Shown here in pieces: positions 15,991 through 20,619 of a DNA stretch of 20,619 nt (position 1 is the stretch's first letter; each line of letters begins with the position of its first letter). The notes under the pieces were generated by a model. The model saw only the letters and a program-made list of their open reading frames with translations, was not told the origin of the DNA and did not search any database. A program made the translations under genes and the position numbers. The stretch covers positions 1 through 20,619 of the forward strand of contig JBILDU010000053.1 in the NCBI GenBank assembly GCA_044352465.1, read 5' to 3'. This DNA comes from Bdellovibrionota bacterium (lineage in GTDB: Bacteria; Bdellovibrionota_C; UBA2361).

Positions 15991-16671
15991 CTACGAATCG
16001 TCGGGCTCTACCCCGGCGCGCCCCCCGTGACGCACGATCTGTCCCTCGACCATATAGATCACATCTTCGGCGATATTAGTCGCGTGATCGCCGATCCGCT
16101 CAAGGTTCCGTGAGACCGAGAAATAATGAATAAGGCTCTCGGTATCCTCCGGCCGCTGCTTCATAAGCCCCGCGATCTTCTGATACAGATCACGGTTAAT
16201 CGCATCGACCGCATCATCATCAGCACAGACCGAGCGAGCCAACACCGGATCAAGGGTCACGAGCGACTCGAGGCTTTTGCGCAGCATCTCCTTCACCGCT
16301 CGAGCCATCGCGTGGAAATCAAACGGGGAAGCTACCGGAGCGAGCTTCGCGAGCGACTCAGCCCGCCACGCGATATTACCCGCGAGATCCCCGATACGCT
16401 CGAGGTCGTTATTGATCTTGAGCACCGCGATAATGAAGCGCAGATCAATCGCCACCGGCTGATGGAGTGCCAGGACCTTCAGACACTCCTCCTCGACCTC
16501 GATCTCCATCTGATCGATCTGACGGTCCCCCTCGAGCACTTGGCCCGCCAGATTCGGCTCACGTTCAGCCACCGCTTTCACCGCTCGGTGAACGCTATCC
16601 TCGACGACGGTACTAAGGGCCAAGATCATTTTCTTTAACTTCTCGATCTCTCGTTGGAGGTGTTGAGTCAC
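15991..16671 (-). CDS. phoU: Phosphate signalling complex protein PhoU
   Basis: ALHQPVAIDLR...KINNDLERIGDLA, DD.VD, RNLERIGDHATNIAEDVIYMVEG. GTG start with SD GGGGAG. Confidence 0.97.
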   Translation of the reverse strand: MTQHLQREIEKLKKMILALSTVVEDSVHRAVKAVAEREPNLAGQVLEGDRQIDQMEIEVEEECLKVLALHQPVAIDLRFIIAVLKINNDLERIGDLAGNIAWRAESLAKLAPVASPFDFHAMARAVKEMLRKSLESLVTLDPVLARSVCADDDAVDAINRDLYQKIAGLMKQRPEDTESLIHYFSVSRNLERIGDHATNIAEDVIYMVEGQIVRHGGRAGVEPDDS

Positions 16672-16744
16672 AATCCGCTCCCCTATGCCATTTGGTTCTT
16701 GATATGCAGCTTCGTCACAACGCGAACTCCTGACTATAAACAGA

Positions 16745-17659
16745 TTAGAGCCTTGATTTCACCTGTAATTTATAGCGCAACCAGATCGCGATAGAATTGA
16801 GGCTCACGAGTATCATGAGGAGCACCACGATCGCCGCCGCAGCATTCTCGTGAAAAGCTGTCTGCGGACGGGAGATCCAGTTAAAAGCCTGGATCGGAAT
16901 CACCGTAAAAGGCGAAGCAAGCCCATCGGGAAGAAATGCCACGTAGGCGAGTGCGCCGATCGTGACGACCGGCGCGGTCTCGCCGATAGCGCGAGAGAGC
17001 GCCAGAATGCAGCCGGTGAGGATGCCGGGAAAGGCTACCGGCAAAATCTGAATCCGGATCGTCTGCCACTTCGTGGCACCGAGCGCGAGCGAGGCATCAC
17101 GAAGCTGCGCCGGCACCGCGCGGAGCGCCTCGCGGGTCGCCATCACGATGACAGGGAGAACGAGGAGCGACATCGTCAATGCCCCCGCGAGGAGACTTCG
17201 CCCAAGATCGGCCCATCGGACGAACAGCTGGAGTCCTAGAAGACCGAAGATAATCGAGGGTACACCTGCGAGATTAACGATGGTGAGCTCAATCAAACGA
17301 GTAAACCGGTTCCGACCGGCATACTCCTCAAGATACACCGCCGCCCCAATCCCGAGAGGTACCGCGATGGCGGCCGTCACCATAATAAGACAGATACTCC
17401 CCACAAATGCCGAATAGATCCCCGCCTTATCGGCATGACGGGAGGGAAAGCTCGTCAGGAAAGACCAAGAGAGTCTACCCGAACCATCGATGATAAGGTC
17501 GAGCAGGAGCGCACACAAAACCACCAGGGCAACAGTCAATGCACCCAGAGCGATTGCCGTAAACCCAACCTCCGCAAGCCGTCGACGCCACTGTTCCCCG
17601 GCGGTGGCGGTCAGTCGACTGCGGGGCTTTATAACGTTCGAAACCGCTCCCGTACCCAT
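16745..17659 (-). CDS. pstA: Phosphate ABC transporter permease PstA
   Basis: [68 protein letters not shown]. The exact start is uncertain; as called it overlaps pstC by 31 nt. Confidence 0.96.
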   Translation of the reverse strand: MGTGAVSNVIKPRSRLTATAGEQWRRRLAEVGFTAIALGALTVALVVLCALLLDLIIDGSGRLSWSFLTSFPSRHADKAGIYSAFVGSICLIMVTAAIAVPLGIGAAVYLEEYAGRNRFTRLIELTIVNLAGVPSIIFGLLGLQLFVRWADLGRSLLAGALTMSLLVLPVIVMATREALRAVPAQLRDASLALGATKWQTIRIQILPVAFPGILTGCILALSRAIGETAPVVTIGALAYVAFLPDGLASPFTVIPIQAFNWISRPQTAFHENAAAAIVVLLMILVSLNSIAIWLRYKLQVKSRL

Positions 17660-18561
17660 AAGCTCACACAGTTCATCACCAAGGTCATCACAAACAACAT
17701 CGTTCCGACTGCAAAAATCGTTTGGTACTCCAATGTCCCGTGCGGCGTATCACCGAGCGACACCTGGACGATGTAAGCCGTCATCGTCTCTACCGGATTG
17801 AGGGGGTTGAAAGTCAGATTGGGCTGTTGCCCTGCGGCGATCGCTACAATCATCGTTTCACCGATCGCCCGGGAGATCGCCAGGATGAACGATGCGGTGA
17901 TTCCCCCTAACGCTGCTGGGACAAGTACCTTAAAGACCATTTGAATGCGCGTTGAGCCGAGCGCATACGCGGCCTCACGTAAGCTCTGCGGGACCGCATA
18001 GAGAGCGTCCTCGCTTAAAGACGCGATCATCGGCAGGATCATGAACCCCATCACAATCCCGGGACTCAAGGCGTTAAAACCACCCAGCTCAGGAAAAATC
18101 TGCTGTAAGAGGGGGGTCACAAAGAGTAACGCAAAGTACCCGTACACAATCGTGGGGATACCCGCGAGCACCTCAAGGATCGGTTTGAGCACCGCCCGTG
18201 CCCGGGCAGAGGCGAATTCACTGAGGTATATCGCAATGAGGAGTCCAAACGGCAGCGCCACCGCCATGGCGATAAGCGACACCAACACCGTGCCACTCAC
18301 GAGCGGCAAGATTCCGAAATGCTTATCCGCAAAAAGGGGGGTCCATTCGAGATCGGTTAGAAAATCGAACAGGCTCACCTTCGTGAAAAAACCGGCCGTC
18401 TCAGCGGCCAAAACAACAACGATGCCGACACTGGTAAGGACCGAGACCAGGCCACAACAAAAAAGGATCGCGTGTACGAGCCGCTCAATGAGGAGTCGGC
18501 GCCGATAGGCCGCCCTATCACCCATAATGCTTGAAGCCGTTCCTGCTCGCGCCGCCGCCAT
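17629..18561 (-). CDS. pstC: Phosphate ABC transporter permease PstC
   Basis: W.P.F...[66 protein letters not shown]. Confidence 0.96.
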   Translation of the reverse strand: MAAARAGTASSIMGDRAAYRRRLLIERLVHAILFCCGLVSVLTSVGIVVVLAAETAGFFTKVSLFDFLTDLEWTPLFADKHFGILPLVSGTVLVSLIAMAVALPFGLLIAIYLSEFASARARAVLKPILEVLAGIPTIVYGYFALLFVTPLLQQIFPELGGFNALSPGIVMGFMILPMIASLSEDALYAVPQSLREAAYALGSTRIQMVFKVLVPAALGGITASFILAISRAIGETMIVAIAAGQQPNLTFNPLNPVETMTAYIVQVSLGDTPHGTLEYQTIFAVGTMLFVMTLVMNCVSLWVRERFRTL

Positions 18562-18576
18562 GGTCTGTATCCTTAC

Positions 18577-18607
18577 AAAAGCGGCGGGGGGCCAAGCCCC
18601 ACGCCGC
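18577..18607 (-). terminator. Hairpin plus short U-tract between pstS and pstC (partial terminator or pstS mRNA stabiliser)
   Basis: Minus strand GCGGCGTGGGGC-TTG-GCCCCCCGCCGC-TTTT (one mismatch in the stem), just downstream of the pstS stop. Confidence 0.65.
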
Positions 18608-18623
18608 AGACCGCTACCGAGCT

Positions 18624-19652
18624 TTAGGAGCTCTTCTTCAGGAGCTCCTCAAGGGTCACCCCGACTTGCGACCCACCGTGGGCGAAGAGCGAACCTACTT
18701 GGCGCTTCTCAAAACGCGCTGCGGCGAGCTCAACCGCACTCGGCGTCAGTGGTACGTAGCCAACCTCGTTAGTAAGCGCGACCGAATTCGCCGTCATGAA
18801 GTTCACAAACGCCGTCACCTCCGGGCGCATCGCCGACTTCTTGCTCACGTAGATAAAGAGCGGGCGAGCCAGGGGCTGGTAGACCCCCTTCAAGACGTTA
18901 TCGACCGTCGCTGCCTGTGGGCCCTTGCCGTTTTCCTCCTTTCCATCATCGATCGTGAGCGCCTTCACCTTATCTTTATTGGCGTTGTAGTAAGCGATGC
19001 CGAAAAACCCGAGCGCGTTCACATTCCCGGACACACCTTGGACCAAGACGTTGTCGTCCTCGCTGCTCGTATAGTCTCCCCGGCTCATGTCCTCCTTTCC
19101 AACGATCGCCTCGGTAAAGTAGTCATACGTCCCCGAATCGACCCCTGCTCCGAAGAGGGCTATCGGCTGATCGGGCCACGCCGGATTAACCTGGTTCCAG
19201 CGGGTAATCTTTCCTTGCGCCTCTGGCTCCCAGATCTTCTTGAGCTCAGCGACGGTGATTGAGTTAAGCCAAGTGTTCTTCGGATTTACGACGACAGTAA
19301 GCGCATCGTATGCAACCGGGAGTTCGATGTACTCGATCCCATTTTTCTTACACAACTCGCTCTCCGTAGCCTTGATCGGACGGGAAGCGTTTGAAAAATC
19401 GGTCTCACCGGCGCAGAACTTTTTGAAACCGCCCCCGGTACCAGAGACCCCCACGGTGAGCTTCGTCTTGGGACTCGTGGCTTGAAACTCCTCAACGACC
19501 GCCTCCATTATCGGGTAGACCGTGCTCGAACCGTCAAGCTTAATCATCCCCAGATCGGTCGCAGTATTTATCTCTGCACCCGCGATACTCGAGGCCATCA
19601 CCGCTACGAAGCCACTGATAACACCTAATCGTCGCATCGTTTCCATCTCCAT
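18624..19652 (-). CDS. pstS: Phosphate ABC transporter substrate-binding protein PstS
   Basis: [79 protein letters not shown]-terminal signal peptide without a lipobox Cys. Confidence 0.97.
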   Translation of the reverse strand: MEMETMRRLGVISGFVAVMASSIAGAEINTATDLGMIKLDGSSTVYPIMEAVVEEFQATSPKTKLTVGVSGTGGGFKKFCAGETDFSNASRPIKATESELCKKNGIEYIELPVAYDALTVVVNPKNTWLNSITVAELKKIWEPEAQGKITRWNQVNPAWPDQPIALFGAGVDSGTYDYFTEAIVGKEDMSRGDYTSSEDDNVLVQGVSGNVNALGFFGIAYYNANKDKVKALTIDDGKEENGKGPQAATVDNVLKGVYQPLARPLFIYVSKKSAMRPEVTAFVNFMTANSVALTNEVGYVPLTPSAVELAAARFEKRQVGSLFAHGGSQVGVTLEELLKKSS

Positions 19653-19710
19653 GTCTCTAAACAGTCAATTAATCGCGAAGACACTACACCGATGACCATG
19701 CTCTCTCTTT

Positions 19711-19729
19711 ATGAGCGCCCGATGAGCGC
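19711..19729 (-). promoter_or_regulatory. Pho-box-like direct repeat with 11-bp period upstream of pstS
   Basis: Minus strand GCGCTCAT-CGG-GCGCTCAT-AAA. The half-site CGCTCAT matches 5/7 of the E. coli CTGTCAT. Confidence 0.35.
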
Positions 19730-19785
19730 TTGACGAGAGTTTGGTCAAAAACCCTTTCCCACCATGCCGATTTTTAAAATTAACT

Positions 19786-20613
19786 CTAACCAAACCGCCC
19801 CGTGATGTAATCCTCGGTCTGCTTCTCCTTCGGCATCGTGAAGAGCTCTTTCGTACGACCGAATTCAACAAGCCTGCCTTCGTAGAAAAAAGCGGTATTA
19901 TCAGACACCCGGGCAGCCTGCTGCATATTATGGGTCACAATCACGATGGTATAGGTGCTCCGAAGTTGCCCGATCAAATCTTCGATCTTAGCGGTTGAAC
20001 GTGGATCAAGCGCCGACGCCGGTTCATCCATCAGGAGGATCTCTGGATCGACCGCCAACGCTCGCGCGATACACAGCCGCTGCTGCTGCCCCCCAGAAAG
20101 ATCAAGCGCGCTACTCTCAAGGCGATTCTTCACCTCCTCCCAAAGATCGGCGTTTCGGAGGCTGCGCTCAACGATATGCTCAAGCTGGCCGGGGTCTTTC
20201 AGCCCATGGATCCTCGGTCCGTAGGCCACGTTCTCGAAGATGCTCTTCGGAAATGGGTTCGAGCGTTGAAACACCATACCGACTTTCTTCCGGAGCGCGA
20301 CGAGGTCGACCCCCGGTTTATAGATATCCTCTCCGTGGATGGTGATGAGACCTTCCAGCCGGGTACCGAGAATCGTATCGTTCATCCGATTGAGAGTTCG
20401 TAGGAAGGTAGATTTACCGCACCCTGATGGGCCGATCAGCGCGGTCACCTGATGCTCCGGTAGCACCATCGAGATATCGAAGAGCGCCTGGGATGCTCCA
20501 TAAAAAAACCTCACCCCGCGCGCTTCGATGACAGGCTGCGGTAGCTCAAGAACCTTCTCCGCACTCGAGGTTGTCGTGCGTTCCCCGATCTCCGTGCTTA
20601 CCGCAGCGCTCAT
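19786..20613 (-). CDS. pstB: Phosphate ABC transporter ATP-binding protein PstB
   Basis: Walker [82 protein letters not shown]. Confidence 0.98.
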   Translation of the reverse strand: MSAAVSTEIGERTTTSSAEKVLELPQPVIEARGVRFFYGASQALFDISMVLPEHQVTALIGPSGCGKSTFLRTLNRMNDTILGTRLEGLITIHGEDIYKPGVDLVALRKKVGMVFQRSNPFPKSIFENVAYGPRIHGLKDPGQLEHIVERSLRNADLWEEVKNRLESSALDLSGGQQQRLCIARALAVDPEILLMDEPASALDPRSTAKIEDLIGQLRSTYTIVIVTHNMQQAARVSDNTAFFYEGRLVEFGRTKELFTMPKEKQTEDYITGRFG

Positions 20614-20619
20614 GTCTCT

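Noticed and set aside
18531..19262. 243-aa plus-strand ORF antisense to pstS
   Set aside because: Shadow of a conserved gene with biased codons; no independent evidence.
1..20619. Mobile element, prophage or anti-phage defence system
   Set aside because: No transposase, integrase, phage structural, nuclease-effector or toxin-antitoxin motifs were recognised. The LOG protein is a stand-alone canonical type and not a fused SLOG effector, as far as the truncated gene shows.

Overview
Gene-dense, GC-rich bacterial chromosomal window. The trmD + DUF2168 pairing and the many diderm envelope proteins suggest a Deltaproteobacteria/Bdellovibrionota-like lineage (inference). I saw no rRNA, tRNA, CRISPR array, transposase or integrase. 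Left part (1-9.7 kb): a 5'-truncated LOG-family nucleotide hydrolase, a run of envelope/secreted proteins, and endonuclease IV (nfo). The envelope run comprises an orphan secreted protein, a membrane-anchored ABC-ATPase-like protein with all catalytic motifs degenerate, a DUF4397 lipoprotein, a small Ala/Thr-rich helical protein, an AsmA-family protein, a triple-BON protein and a tiny Cys/His-rich metallothionein-like putative lipoprotein. Middle: a reduced rpsP-[terminator]-trmD-DUF2168 cluster lacking khpA, rimM and rplS. Right (minus strand): a rearranged phosphate locus pstB-pstS-pstC-pstA-phoU, followed co-directionally by a DUF2867 SDR, an ArnT-family glycosyltransferase and uppP. The best novelty candidates are the pseudo-ABC-ATPase membrane protein (1609-2913), the exported metallothionein-like peptide preceded by a perfect 17-bp tandem duplication (7971-8250), and a possible four-way-junction RNA leader (3789-3858). 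All family calls come from motif recognition by eye, not from database searches.
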